IMG/VR virus record: IMGVR_UViG_3300032053_000002
Span: 1-64,000 of that record
Reading direction: 5' to 3' (one strand)
Length of the DNA stretch: 64,000 nt
Shown: one piece after another, positions 30,143 to 40,177 of the stretch
Numbering within the stretch: the stretch's first letter is position 1
Layout of the letters: the number at the start of each line of letters is the position of its first letter
Translations under genes and position numbers: made by a program
Notes under the pieces: generated by a model
What the model was told of the DNA's origin: nothing
The model's input: only the letters and a program-made list of their open reading frames with translations
Databases searched by the model: none

Positions 30143-31348
30143 TTATAATGTGTAATTTTGTTGAGACAATGCTTGTTCCAATTTCTGTTTTATGCTAATA
30201 AATTGCGAAGTGTTGATAGGTGGCCCGGAAGGCCCGGTTCCTGTTGGCACTGTTAACTTCGTAATCGCATCTATCAATTCTTCCAGCAATTTTTTTAATG
30301 TCGTTCCTAATACTACTTGCTCTTTTGCGTCTTTGCTACCCAAATAAATCTGGGGAGTGTTGACTATCACCTTATTGGAACTATTTATTATCGTTTCGCC
30401 GACGGCGTCTATCGTAAAAATTCCGGAACTGACTAAATTTATCGCCTTTTTGGCGAAACCCATTATCTCATTCTGTCTTGCATTTAAAACGACTCTGTCG
30501 CTATTAATAAATAGTTGATTGCCGATAAATGTTGGTGGTTTATTCGGATAAAACTGTAAATGAACATCCGAATCCAATGTCGCAGGATTAAACCCGATTT
30601 CTTCATCAGATGTAATCCACAATGAATTCGGGTCGTCATTTATATTTTCCTCTATCAGCGCTAAAAACTTATTCGGGACTTCCTCCGGATGCCCGACTTT
30701 TATTTTCATATTCGGAAGATGGGTTTTAGGATTCGAACCGAACTTAATTGACTGACCGAATCGCCCTTCGTAAATGATGTCACCTTCAAACGGTTTTATC
30801 GGTTTAATATTTTTATTGGTAGAAAATATTTTTCCTAAAGAAAATGCGGATTGATCGTTTTTTTTATTTGGAGACCCCGATGTAGAGATTTCGTTGTATT
30901 CTTTAGCACTTCCTTTCCCACCGCTACCTTTAGTCTGCAAAGACGGCAAGCTGACTCCGGGGTAAGAGTTTTCGTTTGGATTATTAAATATATTCATTCT
31001 CTGAGTATAATATAAATCTCCCAGATAATTTACTGCAATAACAACTTCGTGCACTAAAGGATAACTTTTAATATTGGAATCTAATGGTTTTGCGTAAGTT
31101 AAAACTTCCGAGCTCATCCCATTTTGACTGGTAACAAACCTAACTTTCGCCTTTCCTATGTCGCGATAATCTTTAAATTGCGGATGGTTTTCGTCCAGAA
31201 TAATATCGAGAACTTCCGCTGGCTCTAACTCGTAAAACTCTATTTGAGATGCATTTGCTCCACGACCTGGAGAAGATTCCGCCGACAGTAATCCGAACCG
31301 TTGATTGAATTGAGAAGACCCTTTGTTTTTTTCTTTATATATGGCCAC
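30143..31348 (-). CDS. Baseplate hub/central spike protein (gp5/gpV-like)
   Basis: N-terminal OB-like YPLVHEVV; EGD.I.EGRFGQSIKFG; beta-helix-like strands; LG...A.E.VVLG..L; TVPTGTGPSGPP tip. Confidence 0.7.
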   Translation of the reverse strand: MAIYKEKNKGSSQFNQRFGLLSAESSPGRGANASQIEFYELEPAEVLDIILDENHPQFKDYRDIGKAKVRFVTSQNGMSSEVLTYAKPLDSNIKSYPLVHEVVIAVNYLGDLYYTQRMNIFNNPNENSYPGVSLPSLQTKGSGGKGSAKEYNEISTSGSPNKKNDQSAFSLGKIFSTNKNIKPIKPFEGDIIYEGRFGQSIKFGSNPKTHLPNMKIKVGHPEEVPNKFLALIEENINDDPNSLWITSDEEIGFNPATLDSDVHLQFYPNKPPTFIGNQLFINSDRVVLNARQNEIMGFAKKAINLVSSGIFTIDAVGETIINSSNKVIVNTPQIYLGSKDAKEQVVLGTTLKKLLEELIDAITKLTVPTGTGPSGPPINTSQFISIKQKLEQALSQQNYTL

Positions 31349-31350
31349 CG

Positions 31351-31788
31351 TTATTCTCCAGTACTACCACTAAATGAACTTGAAAACTCCGATTTAAATC
31401 TTTCAAGACTATCGCTTATCACTTTTAATTTTTTGTCTTCGTTTTTCTTTTCTTCTTCATAACTTTTTACTTCTGATAACAATTGTTCTTTCTCATGTTC
31501 TGTCAGCAACCCAACATCCGTAACACTCTTTTTATCTTCCCGAATTAACCTTTGAACTATATCCGCTAACTTAACCAGATGCTCATCATTTTTAACACCG
31601 ACTTCCAGATATTCTTTTATCAATGGAACTATTACCGCCGCGTCACTTAAATGTTTCACAAATGGCGTTAATTGTTTAATCAATTCGTTTATTTGCCCCT
31701 TTGTTTTAGAAGAATTTTTGTATATGTCCTCAAATAACCCGCTTAAACTTTTACCATTAAACAATTCGTATAATTTTTTATCGTCCAT
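31351..31788 (-). CDS. Conserved hypothetical late protein
   Basis: First gene after late motif; VPLIKEYLEVGVKNDEHLVKLA. Confidence 0.55.
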   Translation of the reverse strand: MDDKKLYELFNGKSLSGLFEDIYKNSSKTKGQINELIKQLTPFVKHLSDAAVIVPLIKEYLEVGVKNDEHLVKLADIVQRLIREDKKSVTDVGLLTEHEKEQLLSEVKSYEEEKKNEDKKLKVISDSLERFKSEFSSSFSGSTGE

Positions 31789-31815
31789 ATTTAACTCCCT
31801 AAATCTGTATTCATT

Positions 31816-31824
31816 TATAAATAT
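31816..31824 (-). promoter_or_regulatory. Putative late promoter ATATTTATA heading the baseplate operon
   Basis: Same sense-strand motif at 7192-7200(-), 7232-7240(+), 13300-13308, 14861-14869, 17923-17931, 34059-34067, 63282-63290. Confidence 0.7.
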
Positions 31825-31845
31825 AAAAGTTTTCGTTTATTAAAT

Positions 31846-31875
31846 AAAAAAGGCCCGTATTTTAACGAGCCTGAT
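31846..31875 (-). terminator. Intrinsic terminator after late sigma gene
   Basis: aggctcgt-taaaat-acgggcct-tttt. Confidence 0.75.
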
Positions 31876-31927
31876 TTATTTACCGAAACCATCTATGCAC
31901 TGGATGCTTCATAGTACCGGATTTCAG

Positions 31928-32641
31928 TCAAAGAAAGTCATCCAAACATTCATCAACGTCGAATATTCCAACAGTGTTATATTTATTCAGCAATATTTCG
32001 TTGTGTTCTTTCATCTTATTTACTACGGCGGTTATGTATTGCGTTCTAAGACCCGTCATTTCCCGTATTAAAAGATATAATGCTTTTTTATTATAATTTT
32101 CTATATTTTGCGACATTCTAAATAAATTTAAAACGGCATCCGCTATCATAATCTCCTGTCGTTTAGTGAAAACTTTGCTAAGATTGTTTTCCCAATATTC
32201 TATCATCAGTCGAACAAATTCCGGTATATCATCATTTGCTAATCGTTCTTGCGCTTCATCTACAATATCAACGGTATGGTCAGGATTAATCTGATCAATT
32301 CTTTGTTGAATTTTTTTATATTTGTATTGTTCGTTGTTTCCGAGTATTAAATAATTTTTCGCCAAAATGGAAAAATAAGAAAATGCTTTGCCTTTGTTTT
32401 GGTCGTATTTGTTTATATTTAAAACTAAAAAGGATACCACGTCAAATTGTAAGTTTTCTTCCACTTCTTTAAAATATGGGAATTTGAATCTGTTGATAAC
32501 GTTTTCGGCCAATTTATTAAACGATTTCGATATTTTGTTTTTATAAATATTCGATTTAACTTTTACGCAAGTTTCTGTATTATAAGAAACTATTGCGTCC
32601 TCGGTTTCCTGAGTAAAATAATTTTTATTTTTCAAATCCAC
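31928..32641 (-). CDS. Late-transcription sigma factor (T4 gp55-like)
   Basis: NYFT...KLAENVI..FKF...KYD..KGKAFSYFS..AKNY resembles sigma region 2 of gp55; GTG start. Confidence 0.7.
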   Translation of the reverse strand: MDLKNKNYFTQETEDAIVSYNTETCVKVKSNIYKNKISKSFNKLAENVINRFKFPYFKEVEENLQFDVVSFLVLNINKYDQNKGKAFSYFSILAKNYLILGNNEQYKYKKIQQRIDQINPDHTVDIVDEAQERLANDDIPEFVRLMIEYWENNLSKVFTKRQEIMIADAVLNLFRMSQNIENYNKKALYLLIREMTGLRTQYITAVVNKMKEHNEILLNKYNTVGIFDVDECLDDFL

Positions 32642-32752
32642 GTCTCCCCCAATCCAAGAATGCGCATATTATTATAGTCGCGTATGTTAAAAATATTATT
32701 AAGGAGAGTTTAAGGTTTAAAGTTATCGGTGTGTTAAAAGTTTAAAATTTAT

Positions 32753-33241
32753 TTATGGTGTAGATTGTGAGCCTTTTTGTATATCTTCTATTTCTATATT
32801 AGGATTTTTCCGTTTCAATATTCTTTTTTTAATTTCTCGCTCCCGAGCATACATCACAGGCGAAAGAATTTCCTGTTTTTCTTTTTCCCCTTCTTCGATA
32901 ATTCCGTATACAGACAACCTTTTCAGTATAGAATACATCGCCTGATAAAAAAATCCGACTTCGTCATCGGATCTAAAAGTTCCGGCAGCATCTATGTTAT
33001 TCAATTCCTGGTCTACTGTTTGAACTGTTTTTGCAAATCCGTCAATCCACGTTTCATATGTTTCAATGTAATCTTCATATCGTATGACCTGTAAATACAG
33101 ATTCTTAATAACAAATGCCATTATTATAATACACAAAAATAAAAATAATATAATAAAAAGTTCCATATTGTTATTCTTCCATTTTTTTATCATTATTAAA
33201 TTCGCCGAATATCTTATTAAAGTCATCAATCGAAAGCGCAT
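32753..33241 (-). CDS. Membrane-anchored hypothetical protein
   Basis: Likely start MELFIILF (33166); N-terminal TM; GTFRSDDEVGFF. Confidence 0.55.
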   Translation of the reverse strand: MRFRLMTLIRYSANLIMIKKWKNNNMELFIILFLFLCIIIMAFVIKNLYLQVIRYEDYIETYETWIDGFAKTVQTVDQELNNIDAAGTFRSDDEVGFFYQAMYSILKRLSVYGIIEEGEKEKQEILSPVMYAREREIKKRILKRKNPNIEIEDIQKGSQSTP

Positions 33242-33980
33242 TTGGTTCGGCGCTCTTAAATGATTGTTCCAATGTTTTTTTCGGCTTATTTACTTTCTTT
33301 TGATATGTGTCGCCATTTATTCCTTTCAGGAATTTTTGCCCATCCAGACTATTCTCCCACTCATAATATTCCTTCTTAAACGCCATCATATCCGCCCAAT
33401 GCGCAATATATGGGAGCATCGATCTTAATCTATATTTTGGTTCGTATGTAACAAGGTATGCTTTATTGCCTTCGTCGTAAAGACCATCGTGGAGTTTTAT
33501 AGATACAAATTCATTTTCAGTCATTTTTATCCCGAAATGTTGTAATAAAAATATTGACCTATCCTGAGTTTTCATATATGGTAGTTCCTCAGTAAAATCA
33601 AATTGTGTTCCCTTTTTAATTTTCCAATCATCCGTCGCAGGAATATAATACTCGTAATCCAAATTCCCTATTTTCCCCAGGTCATGATTCAACGTAACAA
33701 AGTTTAATTCCTCGTCGGTATAATTCTTGACTCCGCTAAACGAACTCCACAAGTCAGAGACCTTTTTTCCCGCCTCAATAACATTCAGAACGTGATATAC
33801 ATATCCACCCACGAAACACGAGTGAAAGTTGACTCTATTCGATGCTGGCGACAAGGCGACTCTCTCTGAAAAGGTATCGTATAGTTTCAATAACCTTTCT
33901 CGTCTTTCGCCGTTAAATGTGTTATCAATAAAGTTAATTATTCGTTGATAATTATCTTGTATTTGTTGTTCGGTTAACAT
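33171..33980 (-). CDS. HD-domain phosphohydrolase
   Basis: H..F.GG...H; HDLGK; HDG; ADMM. Confidence 0.85.
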   Translation of the reverse strand: MLTEQQIQDNYQRIINFIDNTFNGERRERLLKLYDTFSERVALSPASNRVNFHSCFVGGYVYHVLNVIEAGKKVSDLWSSFSGVKNYTDEELNFVTLNHDLGKIGNLDYEYYIPATDDWKIKKGTQFDFTEELPYMKTQDRSIFLLQHFGIKMTENEFVSIKLHDGLYDEGNKAYLVTYEPKYRLRSMLPYIAHWADMMAFKKEYYEWENSLDGQKFLKGINGDTYQKKVNKPKKTLEQSFKSAEPNALSIDDFNKIFGEFNNDKKMEE

Positions 33981-34015
33981 AAATGCCTCTTCCCTTTTTA
34001 ATCGACTTTAATTAT

Positions 34016-34043
34016 TTATACTAAAAAAAAGGAATAAAGTTCC
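34016..34043 (-). promoter_or_regulatory. ECF-sigma-type promoter (HD protein - late sigma operon)
   Basis: GGAACTT-N15-GTATAA. Confidence 0.75.
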
Positions 34044-34082
34044 CTAATATACAATAAATATAAATATTTAAATAATTAAAAT

Positions 34083-34106
34083 AAAAAAGGGCAGTTAATG
34101 CCCTTT
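34083..34106 (-). terminator. Intrinsic terminator
   Basis: aaagggca-ttaac-tgcccttt-ttt. Confidence 0.8.
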
Positions 34107-34114
34107 GAAATTCG

Positions 34115-34876
34115 TTATCCTTTGTTTTCCAGTCGTTTCTTATACTTCACATATACTTTGTTCAGTGCGTCAGCCTGTTTTTGAGTAAAAATGTTTTTAT
34201 TAACCGCTCCATTATAAACACTCAACACAAACCAGTATGCGGAAAATCTTGGTGCGGCGGGGTGAGTTATTCCATCCACTTTGCAAACCAAATCCAATAT
34301 CATCTTTATTTTTGGAATGGTAACTTCAGTAAAATGTTTTAAATGGTCGCCGAACTTGGAAACGTCGCCATGTTTAGTCATAAACCTATCGCGAACTCGA
34401 ACCAGCGCGTTTACCATATTTATCGTAAATGGACGACTCCCAGTATCGAGAATGGCTTTCATATCGCGAACAAAACTATTTGCGGAAAGATAATTTTCCG
34501 GTAAACCATTCGTCCAATCAATCAGGTTTTTATATTTGATAGCGTATTCGGCTTTTCTACGGCTAGCGGCTGCGTCTTCTTTAAGTTGTTTTATACTGGT
34601 CGATGCGGAATTATATCCGGCCCAACGAGTTCCCAACACTAAAGTCAGGCAATCCATACCGATTTCATGTTTTATCGCCTTACCTATCGTATCAGACGCG
34701 CTTCCAAACCCATCAATCACGGCGACATACTGAAGATTATTACCGCAAAATTCGCACTTGGTCGCTTTATTGTGACGATGAAGCGAATCGTAACATTCGT
34801 TTAACTTGAAATCGTACTTACCGGCAAGTTCTTTTATGTCGGTGTGCCAGCGTTTTGAAACATTATTCTTATTCAT
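34115..34876 (-). CDS. Early hypothetical protein with Zn-finger
   Basis: CEFCG...IGMDC; own sigma70 promoter and terminator. Confidence 0.6.
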   Translation of the reverse strand: MNKNNVSKRWHTDIKELAGKYDFKLNECYDSLHRHNKATKCEFCGNNLQYVAVIDGFGSASDTIGKAIKHEIGMDCLTLVLGTRWAGYNSASTSIKQLKEDAAASRRKAEYAIKYKNLIDWTNGLPENYLSANSFVRDMKAILDTGSRPFTINMVNALVRVRDRFMTKHGDVSKFGDHLKHFTEVTIPKIKMILDLVCKVDGITHPAAPRFSAYWFVLSVYNGAVNKNIFTQKQADALNKVYVKYKKRLENKG

Positions 34877-34903
34877 ACTTTAAAACCTTTTTATTATCAA
34901 TAT

Positions 34904-34932
34904 AATATAACCAAAAGAAACGTTTCAGTCAA
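34904..34932 (-). promoter_or_regulatory. sigma70-type early promoter
   Basis: TTGACT-N17-TATATT. Confidence 0.8.
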
Positions 34933-34978
34933 CTGGTATTTTCAACTATCTTTGGAATGGTGTACAAGTGTTCACCTA

Positions 34979-35680
34979 CTAGCCGGGGTTCTTCTGGTCG
35001 TAAAATTCCTTTAGCACCGCATAATACACTTCCGAATCAATTTTATACATCAGAACGTTCCGATAAAAAAAGGATTTTTGCCCAGGAGTCAGCAAGATGT
35101 CTATCCACTGAGTATACCGTTCATTCATAGTATCTCTGACCTGATAAATCCCATCATAACTTCCACTCGGAGTTCCCTTGATTAAAACGAAATCTCCGAA
35201 TCGTATGTCGCCGCCCCATCTCTTGAGCAAGTCTCTGGACAATGCAACATAGTGATAATCACCGGCAGTTTTTATATCAAATACCGTTCCGTCGGCGGTA
35301 ATATTTGGAGTGTCATCCGTTTGTGATTTAAGTGGGTGATAACCGGTCAATTTCGTTTTATAAACTTTTTCGCTGAACAGATGCTTAACGAAATGTTTAA
35401 CCTGCTCTTTCTTGTCGTACATATTATTTATAACCGAATCTTGTTCCTGTGAATAATGCGCTAACTCAGCATATTTGTTTTTCAGTTCGCCGTACATAAG
35501 TTGTTTTTCATACAACTCGTTTTTCAACACTGCACCCTGAGCGACCATAAATAAAAATAAAATAAAAAAAATTCCAAGTACAAATTTCATCATATCAATA
35601 TCCGTCAAACTTTTATACCATGTCCTAATTAAACAAATTTTACTTAGAAAATAGTATTCAATTTTGGCAAATGCGTTCAT
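34979..35680 (-). CDS. Membrane-anchored 3D-domain (lytic transglycosylase-like) protein
   Basis: TM + coiled coil + TGY...TADG...ALSRD...VRDTMN...IDIL. Confidence 0.8.
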   Translation of the reverse strand: MNAFAKIEYYFLSKICLIRTWYKSLTDIDMMKFVLGIFFILFLFMVAQGAVLKNELYEKQLMYGELKNKYAELAHYSQEQDSVINNMYDKKEQVKHFVKHLFSEKVYKTKLTGYHPLKSQTDDTPNITADGTVFDIKTAGDYHYVALSRDLLKRWGGDIRFGDFVLIKGTPSGSYDGIYQVRDTMNERYTQWIDILLTPGQKSFFYRNVLMYKIDSEVYYAVLKEFYDQKNPG

Positions 35681-35735
35681 TCTAACTCTCCCGAAGCAAT
35701 TAAACTTACCAACAACTAAAAAACGGCAAAAAAAT

Positions 35736-35806
35736 AGGCATCATAACGGATTAAAACCTGTATCTTCGCCTCTTTTGGCGACGTGCTGACTTGCACCAAT
35801 GATGTC
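35736..35806 (-). ncRNA. Degenerate tRNA-like cloverleaf (71 nt)
   Basis: GACAUCA/UGAUGCC acceptor (one mismatch); GUGC-AAGUCA-GCAC; UCGCC-AAAAGA-GGCGA; imperfect T-arm GGUUUUAAUCC. Confidence 0.5.
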
Positions 35807-35812
35807 TACCTG

Positions 35813-36118
35813 TTAGTCTATGCGTCCCTGACTATTAACTATCTTTACTATTTCGCGAACCTCGTTTTTTTCTCTTTTCCTTTTTCTTCTCCTATTCATT
35901 TTTTTTTCATACAACATTAATCTGCATATTCCGTGATGGTCACAAGAAACGGAATGATGATGTTTAAAAAACCCATATCCATTTCCATCATTTTCATCTG
36001 ACGTATAAAGAGTTCTATTTTCGTCTTCGTCTTTTTTATACGCCCAATACCAGCCCATTATTTTCCACAATTTTCGCCGAGAATCTAATTTAGCTTTTTC
36101 TTTTGGTCGTAGTCTCAA
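35813..36118 (-). CDS. Basic hypothetical protein
   Basis: GGGAG RBS, TTG start. Confidence 0.5.
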   Translation of the reverse strand: MRLRPKEKAKLDSRRKLWKIMGWYWAYKKDEDENRTLYTSDENDGNGYGFFKHHHSVSCDHHGICRLMLYEKKMNRRRKRKREKNEVREIVKIVNSQGRID

Positions 36119-36140
36119 TCAATTCTCCCAATACAATTAG

Positions 36141-36489
36141 TGGAGTCGGCGGGGAATCGAACCCCGCGTCCGAAATAGTTCCAAAATCAACATCTACAAT
36201 TATAGTTTGTTTTTATTTTATATCGCGAAAACAAACAAAACATGATAACAACTTTCTTTTAATTCTATGTTGTGAAAGAATGGAGGCCTGACCGAATGGT
36301 CATTCCGGCTACCAGTTGATATGACACCGCTTTTCCCACTATCAACGTCATGGAGCGATGGCGACTTAAATAGTTTTAAGCCGCGTAGGCAAGTGAATAG
36401 TTGCCATTTATTTTTGTTTTTGGTTTTTAACGTCACCCCGACGAATTGCAGTTAATCTTCTACCTACCCCGTCGAATCCGTGCGACCCC
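36141..36489 (-). ncRNA. ssrA: tmRNA; tag (A)GNYSLAYAA at 36405-36376
   Basis: 5' GGGGUCGCACGGAUUCGAC; 3' GCGGGGUUCGAUUCCCCGCCGACUCCA; G3.U alanine pair; 349 nt; tag ORF ends AA-stop after AUAAAU. Confidence 0.95.
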
Positions 36490-36716
36490 AATGTAGTAAC
36501 AACATCATCATGGCTCAGAAACTTTGTTGATTGAGCATCTTTAGCACCCGAATACCATCTATCTCTACTACCGAGTGCGTTTTCAAACGCGTTTAAACAC
36601 GCCATTAAATATTTCGCCAGAATAAAATCTGGAGTGTTCGAACCGTTTTCAATACTGTTTCTGTTAATTAAAGTTTCCAATTCTTTCATAAATTTTGTTT
36701 TCGCCATTGTTTTCAT
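36408..36716 (-). CDS. Conserved phage hypothetical protein overlapping tmRNA 5' end
   Basis: LINRNSIENGSNTPDFILAKYL. Confidence 0.6.
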   Translation of the reverse strand: MKTMAKTKFMKELETLINRNSIENGSNTPDFILAKYLMACLNAFENALGSRDRWYSGAKDAQSTKFLSHDDVVTTLGSHGFDGVGRRLTAIRRGDVKNQKQK

Positions 36717-36755
36717 TTCCTTTTAATAAATATACGCAAATTTTATTAATATACT

Positions 36756-37799
36756 TTATTTTAACAGTAAATGTGGTTGCGCTTCAATTTGCCCAGCGGA
36801 AGTAACTCTTACGAAATCAACTTTTGCGCGAAATTCGTCTAAAGTTCTGGCACCGACATAACTCATGGAAGACTTTAATCCGTCCGTAATAGCCTTTATT
36901 ATTCGTTCCACCTTGCCTTTATAAGCGACAATTTTGCTATTACCTTCGATGTTATCCGTGTTTTCATTTCGATCCATTTTCGCCGATTCCGATGCCGATC
37001 CCTTATATTGTTTATACAATTGCTCGTCAGGAAAGTTCCCTATTCGGATAAACTTCCCAGGGGTTTCCTTTGTTCCAGCAAGAAGTGAACCCAGCATCAC
37101 AAGGTCGGCTCCAGCTCCAATCGCTTTAGCAACATCTCCTGGTGTCCTTATACCGCCATCCGCAATAATTATATTTTTTCCCTGCGTCGCCTCGTAAACG
37201 TCCATTATGGCCGTGAGTTGCGGAATACCGATTCCAGTACGAATGCGAGTTTCGCAAAGAGAACCGTTTCCTTGCCCAACTCTCAGAATATCCACCCCCC
37301 ACTCCAGTTGGTCTGTCGCCGCTTCTTTGGTGGAAATACTACCACCGATAACGATGATGTCTTTTAACTCTTGGCGAAGAGCCTTCATTACGTCTTTCAT
37401 ATGTTTGGAATGCCCATGCGCAATATCAACTATAAAAGTTCTCGCTCCATTCAGATACAATTGTCTAACCCGTTCCAAATAATCACCTGTTGCGCCAACG
37501 GCAAATGGAGTTGCTTCAATTCCCTTATCTCCTATGTATTGTATTTTAAGAGATTGTAGTTGTTCCAATTGCTTATCAATAGGCATAAACCGATGAATAG
37601 TTCCTATTGCTCCCAGTTGATATAAAATTTCAGCCATTTTATATTCTGAAACGGTACTCATTGGCGACGATATTACCGGAACGGAAAGAATTACGTGATC
37701 AGTTACCCACTTTGTTTCTAAAGAGCATTCGCCTCTAGACTCCATATCCGAGTATTTCGGAGCTATTTGCACATCATCGTAAGTCAGACATTCTCTCAT
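36756..37799 (-). CDS. IMP dehydrogenase/GMP reductase family (no CBS domain)
   Basis: LTYDDV; SSPM.TV; DIAHGHS; VG.G.GSLC.TR; [21 protein letters not shown]; EG. Confidence 0.9.
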   Translation of the reverse strand: MRECLTYDDVQIAPKYSDMESRGECSLETKWVTDHVILSVPVISSPMSTVSEYKMAEILYQLGAIGTIHRFMPIDKQLEQLQSLKIQYIGDKGIEATPFAVGATGDYLERVRQLYLNGARTFIVDIAHGHSKHMKDVMKALRQELKDIIVIGGSISTKEAATDQLEWGVDILRVGQGNGSLCETRIRTGIGIPQLTAIMDVYEATQGKNIIIADGGIRTPGDVAKAIGAGADLVMLGSLLAGTKETPGKFIRIGNFPDEQLYKQYKGSASESAKMDRNENTDNIEGNSKIVAYKGKVERIIKAITDGLKSSMSYVGARTLDEFRAKVDFVRVTSAGQIEAQPHLLLK

Positions 37800-37811
37800 G
37801 CGCCCTTCTTT

Positions 37812-38165
37812 CTAAAATTTTTTATAATCAGGATTATTCATAATAATGTTTTTCCCGAGATCAAGATATAACGTATCTTTACCAGAAAACCTTCTAGTAG
37901 CTGGGAAAAAAATATCCCATACTTTGAGTTGATTAGTTCCGCGTTCCCAATGTCGGCAATAACACCTAATCTCATCATCGCCTTGATAAAATACTAAAAT
38001 ATATTGATAAGTTTCGCCGACCTTATATGTTTCGGCCAGTGGTTTCTTATTCGACAATATTTCAGTTTGAACGGTATTATGAATTCCATAAAATATCAAA
38101 AAAACAAATATCAATGAAATAAAAAATATCCACGGTACACCGGCGTGATTTTGTTTTTGGTTCAT
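37812..38165 (-). CDS. Membrane-anchored hypothetical protein
   Basis: N-terminal TM. Confidence 0.5.
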   Translation of the reverse strand: MNQKQNHAGVPWIFFISLIFVFLIFYGIHNTVQTEILSNKKPLAETYKVGETYQYILVFYQGDDEIRCYCRHWERGTNQLKVWDIFFPATRRFSGKDTLYLDLGKNIIMNNPDYKKF

Positions 38166-38181
38166 TACATCATTTCCTTTC

Positions 38182-38994
38182 TTATTTTATTATAAAATCT
38201 TTAGTGTTTGAAACTTGCACACCCATCGCTACCATCGACTTAATGAAATCGTCTTGAAGTTGTTCGAATCCGCTAACGGGACTCATACCATCTTCCAATA
38301 ATACAAGTTTTTCTGGTGAGATACCATCAAGTAAAAACTCGGATACAATATCCTTTACGGTATTGGCGACGCAATGCGAACCAGCTTCACCGACCACAAG
38401 AACCGAGTCGCAATCCTCCAGCGTTTCGATAAGTTTAATGTTTGTCAGGGTTGATGGGTCGTTCATGTCAGGAACGTCGGCTTTAATCGCTGAATAGTGC
38501 TCAGTGAAAGAATTACTCCCTTTGGTGATATAATTCACGTTTGTCGCATATTTTTGCTCCCACTCTTTTAACGTGTCGAATAGTGGTTGCATAACGGCCT
38601 GCCCATCACTTCCAATCAGACAGTGCGGAGGCCAGATACATAATGGGTAACGTTTGTTCTCTTCCAATGATTTTATGTAGTGCAAAGCCTGTTTGAATGT
38701 ACCTGGAATGAAGGGCAACCAGGTTGCTGCCAATACATCTTCCAATTTAATAATAGTATACGGGAGCGGGTGATTACCATTAACATCCACCCAGAAAATC
38801 GGATGTGCAATATGAACGGTTTGATGCGTATCTAGAGTTACGTGAATATAACGAAGTTTTTCGCCAATCCGTTTAATTAAGTCCGATATTCTTTCTATAT
38901 CCTTTTCTGCATTCTTCACATATAAAACGTTTTTTATCGGGTCGCAAAAATCTACTTGCGGATCGATGATAAGTAAATCAATTTTTTTATTCAT
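38182..38994 (-). CDS. pncA: Nicotinamidase (isochorismatase family)
   Basis: IIDPQVDFC; D.H; WPPHC; KG; YSA; GEAGSHCV; next to pncB. Confidence 0.85.
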   Translation of the reverse strand: MNKKIDLLIIDPQVDFCDPIKNVLYVKNAEKDIERISDLIKRIGEKLRYIHVTLDTHQTVHIAHPIFWVDVNGNHPLPYTIIKLEDVLAATWLPFIPGTFKQALHYIKSLEENKRYPLCIWPPHCLIGSDGQAVMQPLFDTLKEWEQKYATNVNYITKGSNSFTEHYSAIKADVPDMNDPSTLTNIKLIETLEDCDSVLVVGEAGSHCVANTVKDIVSEFLLDGISPEKLVLLEDGMSPVSGFEQLQDDFIKSMVAMGVQVSNTKDFIIK

Positions 38995-38997
38995 AAT

Positions 38998-40161
38998 TTA
39001 TCGTCCTTTAATTTCTTGTAATGCGCGTTTAATCATATCTTTATTTCCCGTATATTTTGTTTTCGAGTCGCTCAACTTTATCGTCGGTATCCATTTACCG
39101 TTTCCATCTGGATCCGCTGCGGTCATTTTGATTACCATATTCAGAGGTTTAACTTCAGGAATATCATTCGTAAGATAAGTGCCGATGCCGTAAGAAGTCT
39201 TGATGCGACCATTAACATATTTTTCTATTTTTTTCACAAAGTCGTAGTTTAGGCCGTCCGAAAATACTATTGTTTTGGAAAGCGGATCGATTCTCAATTT
39301 TTCATAGTGTTTGATTGCTTTATCTGCGAACTCAAACGGCGAACCCGAATCCTGTCGTACACCGTCAAACAATTTTGCGTACAGGGTATCAAATGACCGA
39401 AAGAATTCGTCGGACGTGAACGTATCAGTTAACGCGATTCCGAGATTACCGTGATACGCATCCACCCATCTACCCAATGCAACTCTTGTCGCCATTTTGA
39501 AACCGTATTTAGCGGCGTGAAACATATACCACTCGTGAGCCTGAGTTCCTATCGGAGTTAAATCATATTTGTGCGCAAGACTAACGTTGCTGGTTCCGAC
39601 AAAGTTTTTATTGGGAGAAAATGTACTAACCATCAGGTTTTGATACCAATACGCATAACGTCGGCGTGTTCCAAAGTCGGCGAATTTTATACCAAGTGCT
39701 TTAAACTTTTCGGATTTTTTATTGATAAGTTCCGTAACTTTACCGAATTCACCGGTCATATCAACATTTTTACGAACCATTGCATAATTCAATTCACTAA
39801 TCATCGCCATCAACGGAACTTCCCAGAGAATTGTGCGATACCAGTACCCCTCGATAACTACTTTTAAGTCGCCACCATTCTGAGTTATTTTGACTTCGTT
39901 CGGGTCGTATTTATACCCTTCGAGTAAATCTAAATAAACGGGGTCGAAGAAATAGCACTTATCTCTTAAAAACTCTTTTTCCGACTTTAATAGTGATGGT
40001 ATTTTCCGCAATTCATCTTTTAATTGTGCTCCCAAATACTTTGGAAATCTGTGTTTTCCGCGATTGATAAACTCATATCGAACTTTCGCGTTGGGATATA
40101 ATTTCGCGACAGCTAGTTGCATCGAGAATTTATACAAATCAGAATCGAGAATTGAAATCAT
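38998..40161 (-). CDS. pncB: Nicotinate phosphoribosyltransferase
   Basis: SILDSDLYKFSM; DFGTRRR; GTSNV; GTQAHEW; LTDT; GVRQDSG; VFSDGL; GIGT.LTND; KLSD. Confidence 0.95.
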   Translation of the reverse strand: MISILDSDLYKFSMQLAVAKLYPNAKVRYEFINRGKHRFPKYLGAQLKDELRKIPSLLKSEKEFLRDKCYFFDPVYLDLLEGYKYDPNEVKITQNGGDLKVVIEGYWYRTILWEVPLMAMISELNYAMVRKNVDMTGEFGKVTELINKKSEKFKALGIKFADFGTRRRYAYWYQNLMVSTFSPNKNFVGTSNVSLAHKYDLTPIGTQAHEWYMFHAAKYGFKMATRVALGRWVDAYHGNLGIALTDTFTSDEFFRSFDTLYAKLFDGVRQDSGSPFEFADKAIKHYEKLRIDPLSKTIVFSDGLNYDFVKKIEKYVNGRIKTSYGIGTYLTNDIPEVKPLNMVIKMTAADPDGNGKWIPTIKLSDSKTKYTGNKDMIKRALQEIKGR

Positions 40162-40177
40162 AACTTATCCTATTTAA

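Noticed and set aside
31880-31930. Hairpin directly after the TGA of the late sigma gene as SECIS/readthrough signal
   Set aside because: Readthrough adds only 15 residues with no motif; more simply 3' UTR structure.
36218-36436. 72-aa ORF
   Set aside because: Lies inside tmRNA in a different frame from the tag.
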